This document shows positions 8,166 to 18,903 of a stretch of 64,000 bases of DNA, one piece after another; the stretch's first letter is position 1; each line of letters begins with the position of its first letter. The position numbers and the translations under genes are program-made. The notes under the pieces were generated by a model. That model saw only the letters and a list, made by a program, of their open reading frames with translations. It was not told the origin of the DNA and did not search any database. The stretch covers positions 1,760,001 to 1,824,000 of the forward strand of contig JBGANV010000001.1 of NCBI GenBank assembly GCA_044222185.1. Direction: 5' to 3'. The DNA is from Planctomycetota bacterium. Its GTDB lineage: Bacteria; Planctomycetota; GCA-002687715; CAIWVZ01.

Positions 8166-8171
8166 AGTGTA
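8166..8171 (-). promoter_or_regulatory. candidate -10 (TACACT) for the tRNA
   Basis: TANNNT hexamer 13 nt upstream of the tRNA 5' end. Confidence 0.45.
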
Positions 8172-8287
8172 TCGAGAGAGATGCGCGGCAACGAGGCGGG
8201 AGTTGGCGGCGAGGAGGCGGCTGCGAGGAGGGACCCGAAGCCGGACGTGGTTAGGCTGGCGCGGCGAATTCAGTGAGTGGCCCCTCG

Positions 8288-9007
8288 ATGCGCATCGCGA
8301 TCGTCTCCGACATTCATGGCAACAGGACGGCGTTCGATGCCGTCGTTTCCGACCTGCGGCAAACGGCCCCAGACGTCGTGCTGCATGGGGGCGATCTGGC
8401 TGACGTGGGCCCTCACCCCGCGGAGATCGTCGATCGGATTCGGGATCTGGGATGGCACGGGGTCAGGGGCAACACGGACGAGATGCTCTGCCGGCCCGAA
8501 TCGTTGACGGAGTACGCGTCGCAGTTCCCGGCACTGGCCTCGTTGTTCACGGCCGTCGAGGAGATGGCCGTCGCGACGCGACTCGCGCTCGGCCGCGAGC
8601 GACTGGAGTGGCTGGGCAAGCTCCCGCGGATCCACCGGGAAGGACCGCTGGCGTTGGTGCACGCAAGCCCGGCGACGCCGTGGCGGTCGCCGGGTGCCGG
8701 ATCGACCGACGCCGAACTCGAAGCCATCTTTGGTCCGCTGGGGTGTTCGGTCGCGGTGTTCGGCCACATCCACCATCCATTCATCCGGAGGATCGGCACG
8801 CTCACGGTCGCGAACTGCGGGAGCGTCGGGATGTCGTATGACGGCGACCGCCGCGCGGCCTACCTCCTCGTTGACGATGAAACGCCGTCGATCCGACGCG
8901 TGGAATACGACGTCGAGACGGAGGTCCAGGCGGTGCGCTGCTGCGGCTGGCCACATGCGGACTGGGTGGCGCGAGTGTTGGAGAGTGCGGGGCCGCAAAT
9001 GCCTTGA
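8288..9007 (+). CDS. metallophosphoesterase (calcineurin-like, YfcE-type)
   Basis: Motifs SDIHGN, GGDL, RGNTD, VHA, FGHIH, NCGSVG. Confidence 0.92.
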   Translation: MRIAIVSDIHGNRTAFDAVVSDLRQTAPDVVLHGGDLADVGPHPAEIVDRIRDLGWHGVRGNTDEMLCRPESLTEYASQFPALASLFTAVEEMAVATRLALGRERLEWLGKLPRIHREGPLALVHASPATPWRSPGAGSTDAELEAIFGPLGCSVAVFGHIHHPFIRRIGTLTVANCGSVGMSYDGDRRAAYLLVDDETPSIRRVEYDVETEVQAVRCCGWPHADWVARVLESAGPQMP

Positions 9008-9085
9008 GCGGCCCGACGGTGCGGGAGCCCCGACCTCGCGACGCGATCGCGCGCGGTCACCTCGCCCACACGAAACGGCGACCCG

Positions 9086-9652
9086 TCAAACGGTCATCAC
9101 CTCGGCCTGCTTCTTCTTGAACAGGTCGTCGACCTTCGCTTCCTCGGCCTTCAACAGATCCGAGATCTGCTTGTCGAACTTCTTGTGATCGTCCTCGGTG
9201 ATCCCGTGTTCCTTCTTCGCCTGCTCGGCCTTCTTCAGGATGTCGCGGCGTAGATTGCGGAGGGAGACGCGCTGCTGTTCGCAGAGATCCTTGACGTGGT
9301 GAACGAGCTGTTTGCGGCGCTCCTCGGACAGCGGCGGGAGGTTGATGCGGATGATCTTCCCGTCATTGTTCGGCGTGATGCCGAGATCGGACGCGGAGAT
9401 CCCGCGCTCGATGTCCTTCAACGTCGTGCTGTCGAACGGTTTGATCTGAAGCGTGCGCGCGTCGGAGACCATGATCTGCGCGAGGTTTTTCAGGGGTTGC
9501 GTCGACCCGTAGGCCTCGACGCGGATGTTCTCGACGAGCGCCGGCGTCGCCCGCCCGGTGCGGATGCCCTTCAGTTCCTCCTCGAGGAACGTCACGGCCT
9601 TGTTCATCTTGTCCTTGGTTTCCTTCAGGCCCGCGTCCGTCGTGAACGTCAT
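9086..9652 (-). CDS. frr: ribosome recycling factor
   Basis: IRTGRATP, PNNDG, LPPLSEERRK; follows pyrH. Confidence 0.98.
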   Translation of the reverse strand: MTFTTDAGLKETKDKMNKAVTFLEEELKGIRTGRATPALVENIRVEAYGSTQPLKNLAQIMVSDARTLQIKPFDSTTLKDIERGISASDLGITPNNDGKIIRINLPPLSEERRKQLVHHVKDLCEQQRVSLRNLRRDILKKAEQAKKEHGITEDDHKKFDKQISDLLKAEEAKVDDLFKKKQAEVMTV

Positions 9653-9676
9653 GACTCTCCCCTCTCGAAGAACGAC

Positions 9677-11294
<1,618 letters not shown>

Positions 11295-11402
11295 GGGAGT
11301 CTCGCCTTGCTCGAATGAATGTGGGAATGGTGCGGCGCCCGCAGAACGGGGTTCGCACCGCGGCTCACGTTCGAGCCGCAGGCGCGGGCGCCAGGACGAC
11401 GA

Positions 11403-12395
11403 TCACGTCGTCGGTTCGGGACCGGCCGGGCCGGGCTTCGTCTCGCCGGCGGGCGCGGGCTTGGCGGGGGCTGCGGGCTTGGGGGCCGCGCCCGTCGTCG
11501 GAGCGCTGACCACGTCGCCCTTGCCTTCCTTCTCGGCGCGGTACTTGGCGGCTGCCGCGCGAATCACCGCGTCCTGCTCGTGCTGAGCCTTGAGCTGCTG
11601 CTCGCGCTCGGCGGCACGCTTCTTCTGCACGTCGCGGAGCTTGCGGTCTTCCTCCGCCTTTCGGTTCGCCTCTTCCTGGCGGCGCTTCTCCTCTTCCTGG
11701 AGCCACTGCGCGTACGCCGTGAGGCCGCTGCCGATGGCGTCGGTGAGTCGGCCGAGGAGGATCTGCACCGAGCGCATCGAGTCGTCATTGCCCGGGATCG
11801 GGATGTCGATGCGCGACGGATCGCAGTCCGTGTCGAGGATCGCGACCACCGGGATGCCGAGCTTGGACGCTTCCTTCACCGCGTTGTGCTCGCGGTTCGA
11901 GTCGACGATGACGAGCGCGCCCGGCAGCTTCTCCATGTTTCGGATGCCGTCGAGGTTGCGGAAGATCTTGCGCTTCTCGCGCATGAGGCTCGCCATGGCC
12001 TTCTTGCTCATGCCGGGGACGATGCCCGCCTTCTCCGTCGCTTCGAGTTCGGTCAAGCGACCGAGGCGCATGCGGACCGTGGTGAAGTTCGTGAGCGTTC
12101 CACCCAGCCACCGCTCGTTCACGAACGGCATGCTGACCTTGCGCGCGCACTCGGCGATGACGGACTGGGCCTGACGCTTGGTGCCGACGAAGAGGATCTG
12201 GTGGCCCTCGGCGGAAAGGCGGTGGAGGAACGTGGTGGCCTTGATGAGGCCTCGCAGCGTCTCCTTCAGATCGATGATGTGGATCTGGTTCTTGCGGCCG
12301 AAGATGAACGGCTTCATCCTCGGGTTCCAACGCGACGCGCGACAGCCGAAATGGACGCCTGCCTCGAGCAGGTCTTTCACGGGAACCGTGAGCAT
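11403..12395 (-). CDS. rpsB: 30S ribosomal protein S2 with long C-terminal extension
   Basis: LLEAGVHFG, WNPRM, RWLGGTLTNF, DTDCDP, PGNDDS; ATG 12395. Confidence 0.98.
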   Translation of the reverse strand: MLTVPVKDLLEAGVHFGCRASRWNPRMKPFIFGRKNQIHIIDLKETLRGLIKATTFLHRLSAEGHQILFVGTKRQAQSVIAECARKVSMPFVNERWLGGTLTNFTTVRMRLGRLTELEATEKAGIVPGMSKKAMASLMREKRKIFRNLDGIRNMEKLPGALVIVDSNREHNAVKEASKLGIPVVAILDTDCDPSRIDIPIPGNDDSMRSVQILLGRLTDAIGSGLTAYAQWLQEEEKRRQEEANRKAEEDRKLRDVQKKRAAEREQQLKAQHEQDAVIRAAAAKYRAEKEGKGDVVSAPTTGAAPKPAAPAKPAPAGETKPGPAGPEPTT

Positions 12396-12520
12396 GGTCT
12401 GACCCTTCGTCGTGCCCGCCTTGGTGGGTCCTTGCAAACGAGGATCCCGCGGACGCCGACCGGAACTTGTGGTGATGTGCCCGTCTCTGCCCCGCATGGG
12501 GCACCAGGAGCGAGCCGGGG

Positions 12521-12548
12521 AGTGTAACGGTCGATCCCCACCGGACAA
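12521..12548 (-). promoter_or_regulatory. candidate sigma70 promoter of rpsB (TTGTCC-16-TACACT)
   Basis: Minus-strand TTGTCC (12548-12543) and TACACT (12526-12521), giving a ~120-nt leader. Confidence 0.5.
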
Positions 12549-12602
12549 GCGTCGGAAGGGGCCTCATCCTCGTGCGATCGCCGGGTATCGTGCCCGCCGA
12601 AG

Positions 12603-13763
12603 ATGGGCCAATCCCCCGTGCTCCAGATCGTCGCCGGCGAACCGTCGGGCGACACCCATGCTGCCGCGGTGCTGCGGGAGCTTTCCGCCCGCCTGCCGGG
12701 GCTGCGCGCCTTCGGTTTCGGAGGGAAGCGGCTGGCCGAGGCCGGGATGCGGTTGGACGAGGACCTGGCCTCCCACGCCATCATGGGGATCTTCCCCGTC
12801 CTCAAGTCCCTGCCTTACATCAAGAAGCTGTTCGATCGGGCGGTTCGGGGTCTCCGCGAGGAGCGCCCGGACGCATTGCTCCTCGTGGACTACCCGGGGT
12901 TCAACATGCGGCTCGCGGCGAGGGCGAGGGATCTGGGCGTCCCGGTCATCTACTACATCAGCCCCCAAGTCTGGGCCTGGGCGCCGGGCCGCATCCGCAA
13001 GCTCGCGCGCCTCGTCGACCTGATGCTGGTGATCCTCCCGTTCGAGGCCGAGGTCTACCGCAAGACGGGAATGGAGACCGTGTTCACGGGCCATCCCGTG
13101 TTCGATCACGTGGGTGCATCGCCAGCCGACGGCGCGCTCATCGACGACCTCCGCAGTCGGCGGGGCGCGGGGCCGCTGATCGGCGTGTTCCCCGGAAGCC
13201 GCAAGCACGTCGTGGCGTCGCTTGCGCCGCAGTTCGCCGCCGTCGCGCGCCGGCTCCGGGCCGAGCCGAAGACGGCCGATTCACGGTTCGTCTTCGCGCT
13301 CGCTCAACCACGCTTCCGACCGATCGTCGAGAGGCATTGGCCCGCAAACGTCCCCCACGAGTTCGTCGACGGACATTCGCTCGACGTGATGCGGGCGGCG
13401 GATCTCTGTCTCACGACGTCTGGAACGACGACCCTCGAGATCGCGGCCGTCGGGACGCCGTTCGTGCTCGCGTACCACACGAGCCCCCTCTTCTACTTCG
13501 TCGCGCGCAAGCTGGTGACGATCGACCACATCGGTCTCGTGAACCTCGTGGCCGGGCGGACCGTCGTCCCCGAGCACGTCGGCTGGCGTGCGCTCGACGC
13601 GGGGATCGCGGCCGACCTCACGGCGTTGTGGACGGATCAAACGGTCCGCGACACGCAACTGGCCGGGCTCGCCGACGTGCGTCGCAGACTGGACGTCCGC
13701 GGCGCCTACGCGCGCGCCGCAGCGGAGATCGCGAAGAAGCTCGCGACGGTGATCGATCGCTGA
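12603..13763 (+). CDS. lpxB: lipid-A-disaccharide synthase
   Basis: AGEPSGD, VDYPGFN, YYISPQVWAW, ILPFE, GHP, PGSR, SGTTTLE, GLVNL. Confidence 0.96.
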   Translation: MGQSPVLQIVAGEPSGDTHAAAVLRELSARLPGLRAFGFGGKRLAEAGMRLDEDLASHAIMGIFPVLKSLPYIKKLFDRAVRGLREERPDALLLVDYPGFNMRLAARARDLGVPVIYYISPQVWAWAPGRIRKLARLVDLMLVILPFEAEVYRKTGMETVFTGHPVFDHVGASPADGALIDDLRSRRGAGPLIGVFPGSRKHVVASLAPQFAAVARRLRAEPKTADSRFVFALAQPRFRPIVERHWPANVPHEFVDGHSLDVMRAADLCLTTSGTTTLEIAAVGTPFVLAYHTSPLFYFVARKLVTIDHIGLVNLVAGRTVVPEHVGWRALDAGIAADLTALWTDQTVRDTQLAGLADVRRRLDVRGAYARAAAEIAKKLATVIDR

Positions 13764-13800
13764 CGGGATCGCGGCGGCACGACTCCGCGCCGCTGAGTCG

Positions 13801-15249
13801 TCACACCTTGCCGGCGACGAGCCCCTTCTCGCCGTACTCGAGGCTCGTATTGACGCGCATCACGTCGGCGCGCGCGACCTCGCCCTTGATCGCCTGGGCC
13901 GTGAGCAGTCCCATCTCGATCGAGTGGTCGGCGTTGTTGTACCGGAACGTTCCGCCACGTCCGACGATCGCGAGGCGCTCGAGCGTCTCGATGTGGGCCT
14001 TCATCATCTCGAGCTTCTTCGAGTAGCCGAGCGAGTAGACGGGGTACGCCTCCTTCGCACGCAGGCAGAAGCCGCCCAGGACCTTCTCCTTGGTGATGAG
14101 CCCCAGGCTGGCGAGGTCGCCCACGGCCTCGTCGACGAGCTGCTGATCGGACTTGTTCCAGGTGGAATCGCCCGTCGTGCAGAAGTACTCGAGCACGACG
14201 CTCGTCTTGGACGGATCCGGCACCATGTCCGGACTCCAGTTCTTCGGCTCGTGAAGCCGCGCGAATCCCAGCCCCTCGTCGTGGCAGTAGATCCACGTGT
14301 CCTTCGTCATCTGCGGCATGTCGAGCATCAAGTTGACGCAGATGACGGAGCGGAATTCGAGCGATTGCGCGGCCTCGATGACTTCGGCCGGCGGCTTGGG
14401 CTCGAGGCCGTGCGCGAGAAGCCCCGTCAGGGCGATGGTCGAAACGACCCAGTCGCTCTCGACCGTGAGGAGGCGTCCGTCCTTCTGGTACGTGACCTTG
14501 GGCCGCAGTGGCTCGGTGATGTCCACCTTCTTCACGTCGGCCTCGAGGATGACGTGGTTGCCTTCGTGCGACTCGACGACCTGCGCCATCCGTTCGCTGA
14601 TGACGGAGTATCCGAGCCGCGGATAGAGGAACGTCTCGATCAGGCTCTGCGCCTTCTCTTTCGGCTTCAGGAGGGCATTCGCGATCGTCGTCCAGATCGA
14701 CAGCCCCTTGCTGCGCTGCGAGACCCAGTCGGCTGACATGAGTCCACACGACCGTCCCCACACCTTCTCGCTGTACCGGCGGAAGAACATGTCGTAGAGC
14801 TTGCGACCGAACTGTGCGACGAACGCATCCTCCATCGTCACGATCGGCTTGACGGAAAAGCGATTCAGCACGGCCGTCTTCGCGTAATCCACGACGCACT
14901 TCGCGGAGGTCCACAGCCCCGCAGTCCGGAGGACGTTCCCGATCGAGATCGGGTAGTCGAAGTACTTCCGGTTGAAGAGGATTCGGCTCGTGCGTTCGAC
15001 GGACACGAGATGGCCCGCCATCAACCGCTTGAACCAGTTGTTCAGGGCGACGTTCTTCGTGAACCATCGGTGGCCACCGAGGTCGAAGCGGAAGCCGTCC
15101 TTGATCGTCGTGAGTGAAAGTCCGCCGACGTAGTCGTTACGGTCGAGGACCGTCACGCGGTAGCCCGACTCGGCGAGCTCGTGGGCGCACGCGAGACCGC
15201 CCGGTCCGGCTCCGAGAACGACGACGTGTTGTCGAGTGTCTTGGCTCAA
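13801..15249 (-). CDS. FAD-dependent oxidoreductase, UDP-galactopyranose-mutase/PPO-like
   Basis: GAGPGG dinucleotide motif, FDLGGHRW, AYPVY, GRGGTFRYNNADHS; TTG start. Confidence 0.85.
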   Translation of the reverse strand: MSQDTRQHVVVLGAGPGGLACAHELAESGYRVTVLDRNDYVGGLSLTTIKDGFRFDLGGHRWFTKNVALNNWFKRLMAGHLVSVERTSRILFNRKYFDYPISIGNVLRTAGLWTSAKCVVDYAKTAVLNRFSVKPIVTMEDAFVAQFGRKLYDMFFRRYSEKVWGRSCGLMSADWVSQRSKGLSIWTTIANALLKPKEKAQSLIETFLYPRLGYSVISERMAQVVESHEGNHVILEADVKKVDITEPLRPKVTYQKDGRLLTVESDWVVSTIALTGLLAHGLEPKPPAEVIEAAQSLEFRSVICVNLMLDMPQMTKDTWIYCHDEGLGFARLHEPKNWSPDMVPDPSKTSVVLEYFCTTGDSTWNKSDQQLVDEAVGDLASLGLITKEKVLGGFCLRAKEAYPVYSLGYSKKLEMMKAHIETLERLAIVGRGGTFRYNNADHSIEMGLLTAQAIKGEVARADVMRVNTSLEYGEKGLVAGKV

Positions 15250-15414
15250 GGCTTCAACTGCGAGGCGGGCAGCATCCGTGACCGCCGAAGTTCATTCATC
15301 CCGCAACATCGGCGCTCTGGTGGAACGCCGCAAAGATACCACCTCCCGCCGAGTCGTGGTGGCGCCTGATCCGCCCAACCATCGACCCGATGACCCTTCG
15401 CGCTGAATGGCCGG

Positions 15415-15744
15415 TCAGTCCTTCCGCAGGCCGGCGACCAGGTTGTAGAGGCGCGAGATGACGATCCCCGCGAAGAAACCGTAGGCAAAAGCCCACACGG
15501 CCCCGATGAAGCTGCCCAGCAACGTGACTTCGTAGAAAGGCAGGTAATACCGCAGGAGCGAGAGGTGCGCCCCGACGTTCGGTCCACCCTGCCAGACGAG
15601 GACGTTCGTGGCGACGAAGATCCCGATCGCGAAGACGAGCCCCAGCGTCAGCCCCAGCACCCGGGCGTTGAGGCGCCGAAGGATCGACTCAAGGAGGCGC
15701 TCGGCCTCGATCTGATCCTGAATGGTGTCGAGCGGTGATTTCAT
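15415..15744 (-). CDS. small two-helix membrane protein
   Basis: Two hydrophobic segments joined by GPNVGAHLSLLRYYLPFYEVT; paralogous to upstream gene. Confidence 0.8.
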   Translation of the reverse strand: MKSPLDTIQDQIEAERLLESILRRLNARVLGLTLGLVFAIGIFVATNVLVWQGGPNVGAHLSLLRYYLPFYEVTLLGSFIGAVWAFAYGFFAGIVISRLYNLVAGLRKD

Positions 15745-15750
15745 CGTCCC

Positions 15751-16149
15751 TCAGATCTCGTCGAGGAAGTGGCGCCGCCGCCAGCGGGCCTGGTCCCAGT
15801 TGAGTTTGGCGAGCACGACGTGGAGGGCGAGATTCCGGCAGTAGGCGATGACGAATCCGCCCACGAACCCCAGCCCGAAGAACCAGGCCACCCCCCAGGC
15901 GAGCCCGATCCAGCTGATGTCGAAGCCGCGCAGGAATTGCCCCAGGAGTCCCACGGAGTATTCGAGTGCGTCCTCGGTCCGGCTCACGAGGAGGCGGCCG
16001 GTGACCAGGGCGATCACGAGGGCCGCCGTCGTCCCGCAGGCCACGGCGAAGGCGAGCGGATCGATGCGCGTGAACGTCCGTCGGATCGCCTCCTGGCGAC
16101 GACGTTCGAGCTCAGCAAGCACTTCAGTTGTCCCGCGGTCCATTGCCAT
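15751..16149 (-). CDS. small two-helix membrane protein, paralogue of 15415..15744
   Basis: GLLGQFLRGFDISWIGLAWGVAWFFGLGFVGGFVIAYCRNL aligns with SLLRYYLPFYEVTLLGSFIGAVWAFAYGFFAGIVISRLYNL. Confidence 0.8.
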   Translation of the reverse strand: MAMDRGTTEVLAELERRRQEAIRRTFTRIDPLAFAVACGTTAALVIALVTGRLLVSRTEDALEYSVGLLGQFLRGFDISWIGLAWGVAWFFGLGFVGGFVIAYCRNLALHVVLAKLNWDQARWRRRHFLDEI

Positions 16150-16218
16150 CTTCCGAGTTCCCTTATCGGCAGGACATGTTCCGCGACCCGAGCCCGACCG
16201 GCAACGTGAGCCGAGAAC

Positions 16219-17439
16219 TCAAAGCGCCCGGCGCGGGGGGACGACGACGCTCGCGACGAGCAGCCCCGTGACGAGCGCGACGGCCGACAAAAGCATCGAG
16301 AACGCCGTGTTGAGGCCCACGACGGTCGACTCCTCCAGGAGGAACGCCACGCTCCGGAACCCCACGCTTCCCGGAACCAGGAGCATGATCCCCGGGACGA
16401 GCATGACCGAGGACGGCCGGTTCCAGATGCGGGAGTAGGCGTAGCCGACGACCCCCACGAGGAAGGCGCCGACGGCCACGCCGAGCGCCGGCCCGAGCAG
16501 GACCACCCCGAGCCTGGAACCGATGTAGGCCACGGCGCAGGAGACGAGCATCGACAGCGCATCCCGCGGTCGGGCGGAGAAAATCACCAGGAAAGCCAGG
16601 GCGGCGGGAACCAACGCGAACACCGGCAGCCAGGGTGACTGCACCCCCGCGGCAATCGGCAGGTTCGGCTCCCACAGCGCGTGGCCGAGCCGGTTTCCGA
16701 CGGCCGTACCGAACCCGATCGTCAGGAACAGGAGGATCGCGCCCATGAGGCGCGTCGTTCCCGCGACGAGCTGCCGGGTGGCGAGTTCCGTCATGGCGAC
16801 CGTCAGCGTGAAGCCGGGCACGAGACCGATGAGGCCCGCGGTCGTCGCCAACTGGTAGTTCAGCCCGGGGACGAAGTGCGCGGCGGACACGGTCAAGAAC
16901 GCCACCACCGTCGCGGCGAGCGGCTCGAACACCCGGTCGAGCTGCGCCCGCCGTTGCGTTGCGAGGGCGATCAGGCCGACGACGAACCCGGTCGCCGCCG
17001 CAGAGGCGAACTCCTCCCCTCCTCCACCCAGGAAGAGTGCACTCGCCGCGGACGCCAGCATGAAGGCGATGGCTCGAACGGGCGCGCTCCACCGGACCGG
17101 CGCCGCCATCACGCGCGCGATCGCCGCCGACCCATCCTGCGGCGTCACCGCCCCGTGGATGACGCTCTCGAAGATGTCGTCGAGGAGGATCAGGACTTCG
17201 AGATTGACGCGGCCTGGCTCGGTCCGCACCAACCAGACGTGCTGTGCGTCAGGCGGGCCGAAGCCGGCCGTGATCGACGTCGGAAGCGAGAAGAACTGCC
17301 CGCCGATGCCGAAGCGCGTGGCGCAGGCGTTCATCACGTCTTCGAGGCGGTGCGTCGGCACGCCGCTCGTGTGGAGGGCGCGCCCGAGATCCATGGTGAA
17401 CCGTGCCGCGGCGGCGGAATGGGTGTCGTCCTGCGGCAC
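16219..17439 (-). CDS. threonine/serine exporter family (ThrE + ThrE_2)
   Basis: LGRALHTSGVPTHRLED, SLPT, LVPG twice; about 10 TM segments; GTG start inferred. Confidence 0.9.
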   Translation of the reverse strand: MPQDDTHSAAAARFTMDLGRALHTSGVPTHRLEDVMNACATRFGIGGQFFSLPTSITAGFGPPDAQHVWLVRTEPGRVNLEVLILLDDIFESVIHGAVTPQDGSAAIARVMAAPVRWSAPVRAIAFMLASAASALFLGGGGEEFASAAATGFVVGLIALATQRRAQLDRVFEPLAATVVAFLTVSAAHFVPGLNYQLATTAGLIGLVPGFTLTVAMTELATRQLVAGTTRLMGAILLFLTIGFGTAVGNRLGHALWEPNLPIAAGVQSPWLPVFALVPAALAFLVIFSARPRDALSMLVSCAVAYIGSRLGVVLLGPALGVAVGAFLVGVVGYAYSRIWNRPSSVMLVPGIMLLVPGSVGFRSVAFLLEESTVVGLNTAFSMLLSAVALVTGLLVASVVVPPRRAL

Positions 17440-17461
17440 GGTCAACGGCCGATCGATCGGG

Positions 17462-18217
17462 TCAGAGGATGAGGACGGGGAGCGCCTGGGCGATGCGGCG
17501 CACCACACACGGCGCGCTGAGGTCGAGAACGACGTAGTCGATGATGAGCGCCGTCCCGACGATCTGTGGCAGGTTCGGTGTGACGACCGTCGGGGACTGG
17601 GTCGCGCCGACACCGTTCAGGTTGCCGCTGAAGTTCAGGAAGATCGGGTTCGGGCTCGTCGACAGGGTGAAGACCGCATCGAGCTGCAGCGGGATCAAGC
17701 CCCCGCACGTGACGATCCCTCCGGCAAGCGGAGGGAATGACGCGGCCGCAACGTAAGGCCGGTTGGCGTCCGCGGGCGATTCGAAATCGAGCTGCCGCGT
17801 CGTGCCGATGCGGATCGGTCCCAAGGGCGCGATCGTCGCCCCGACGCCGTTGGTGATCGTCACGCTGACGGTGGTCAGACCACCGCCCGGCACGAGAACG
17901 TCCACCAGGTAGATCCCCGCCGGGACCTGTTGGTTCGCGTCATTCACCTGGTTCCAGTACGTCGTGAACACCGTCCCCGGGTTCACCGGGACGACGATGG
18001 CGATGCAGAACGGCGTGTAAACCGGCGTTCCCCCCTGCGTCCGCACGGTGAACGGGCAGACCCCCGTGAAGATCGTCGCCGCCGTATCGTTGGCGATGGT
18101 CACGGCGATGGGGTTTCCGACGGGCGCCTGTTGAGGAGCGACGGTCGCGGACACCTGTGCCGTCGCGGCGGCTGCCAACAGCGCGAAAAGGATCGCTGCG
18201 TTTCGGATGCGAGACAT
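17462..18217 (-). CDS. secreted protein: Ig-like N domain + shared C-terminal domain
   Basis: Signal peptide MSRIRNAAILFALLAAAATA-Q; WNQVNDANQQVPAGIY (FlgD/BsuPI-like Ig motif); GGAGG RBS. Confidence 0.85.
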   Translation of the reverse strand: MSRIRNAAILFALLAAAATAQVSATVAPQQAPVGNPIAVTIANDTAATIFTGVCPFTVRTQGGTPVYTPFCIAIVVPVNPGTVFTTYWNQVNDANQQVPAGIYLVDVLVPGGGLTTVSVTITNGVGATIAPLGPIRIGTTRQLDFESPADANRPYVAAASFPPLAGGIVTCGGLIPLQLDAVFTLSTSPNPIFLNFSGNLNGVGATQSPTVVTPNLPQIVGTALIIDYVVLDLSAPCVVRRIAQALPVLIL

Positions 18218-18291
18218 GACCAGACCTCCGTGCAAGTGGAACGGCGCGGACCCCGCGCGGCGTGCAGGTCGCGCCGCCGGGCACCGAGCCG

Positions 18292-18795
18292 TCATTTCCT
18301 GACCCGAGTGAAACGGAACTCCTGTTTGACGTGCTTCCCGCCTTCGTCGCCCTCGAGGGTCGCGACGAGGCCACCGTCAGGCGTCAGTGCGTAACGGATG
18401 ACCTTCGGGTGATCGTGCGTCGGGTTCTCGAATTGTGCGGAGCGGGCGTCCGAGGCCGTCTGCCTGAATTCGGTGACGGGGCCGCCGTTCGGGCTCGCGA
18501 CGTAGACGATGCCGTCCTTCCGCTGCTCGAGGCGCAGGAACTCGAACGACATCGTGCGGTCCTTCAGGACGGTTCGACCGAGCCCCAGCATCGTGCGACC
18601 CTTGGCCGAGATCCAGTGCTCTTCCAGTTCGGCACCGCGAAAGGTCCCTTCCCAGTCACCGACCATCCAGGAGAGATCCGCCAGTCCCGATGGCCGGGTG
18701 GCCGCGTCCTGAGGCAGAACCCGCATCCAAGGGATCACCGCAACGGCGCACGCGGCGACGGCGAGCCCGCCGCGGGACATCAAGCGTCGATTCAT
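18292..18795 (-). CDS. exported DUF6265-like beta protein
   Basis: LSWMVGDWEG, EEHW, FEFLRL, FENPTHDHPKVIRY. Confidence 0.8.
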   Translation of the reverse strand: MNRRLMSRGGLAVAACAVAVIPWMRVLPQDAATRPSGLADLSWMVGDWEGTFRGAELEEHWISAKGRTMLGLGRTVLKDRTMSFEFLRLEQRKDGIVYVASPNGGPVTEFRQTASDARSAQFENPTHDHPKVIRYALTPDGGLVATLEGDEGGKHVKQEFRFTRVRK

Positions 18796-18903
18796 CCTGA
18801 GCCTCCGAGGCGTGAACGGTAGCGATCACGCGCCGCGGAAAGTAGAGCAAGCGCCGCGCTGCGCCGTGATAGAAACCTGCCGGCGCTGCGGTGCCGTCAC
18901 ACC

